DNA of 64,000 bases from Tubiluchus corallicola (taxonomy: Eukaryota > Animalia > Priapulida), in NCBI GenBank assembly GCA_030141605.1, contig JAQGDQ010000055.1:558001-622000 (forward strand), written 5' to 3'. Shown here one piece after another: positions 63,755 to 64,000 of the stretch; position 1 is the stretch's first letter; every line of letters starts with the position of its first letter. The notes under the pieces were generated by a model. It worked only from the letters and a program-made list of their open reading frames with translations, did no database searches and had not been told where the DNA came from. The position numbers and the translations under genes were made by a program.

Positions 63755-63828
63755 TTAAAGGAAGACAATATTTCAAAGAGTAGATTGTTTTGACGTGCAG
63801 TTTTAGTTTGGGTCCAGTTTTGCTTTAA
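63755..63828. mobile_element. Minimal 74-bp family-A derivative (both ends joined)
   Basis: TTAA-AGGAAGACA is fused directly to ATATTTCAAAGAGTAGATTG..CCAGTTTTGCT-TTAA. Confidence 0.8.
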
Positions 63829-64000
63829 GTTGAGCTACAGCACTAATAGTGTTTTAGTGGTAGCTGTGCCACTGGTAAATGCACTTTAATTAGTACAGAT
63901 TTGAAATCAGTCAAGTGAAAGGGAAAGTTGGTATATACTGGAGTGGAATGTAAAAAAAGTTTTCTCAGTTTGTTTATTCCCATCTGCCCAGTTGTGCAAT

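Noticed and set aside
1-64000. CRISPR arrays, prokaryotic operons, rRNA or true tRNA genes
   Set aside because: None were seen. The sequence is spliceosomal-intron eukaryotic DNA, and the only tRNA-like boxes belong to a SINE head.

Overview
This is AT-rich, intron-rich animal genomic DNA, probably from a marine invertebrate (inferred from gene and repeat content, not established). Three protein-coding genes can be rebuilt by hand with phase-consistent GT-AG junctions. (1) A complete 10-exon SELENBP1/methanethiol oxidase (+, 13488-29390, 478 aa). (2) An intronless, membrane-anchored GH35 beta-galactosidase of GLB1L2/3 type (-, 32236-34317). (3) The 5' part of a tandem-repeat cyclic-nucleotide-gated K+ channel of CNGK/tetraKCNG type (+, 38628 to beyond the window end), whose repeats I and II are joined by an ~400-aa linker containing duplicated exons. 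The rest is mostly transposon-derived: CR1/L2 and RTE LINE remnants, a tRNA-derived SINE, three TTAA-targeting Kolobok-type families (one with a THAP remnant), a Sola3-like long-TIR element, hAT MITEs, a Helitron-like element, Penelope fragments and microsatellites. The most striking non-coding signal is a nearly complete HDV-like self-cleaving ribozyme fold at 11140-11233. All calls come from manual reading; no database search was run.
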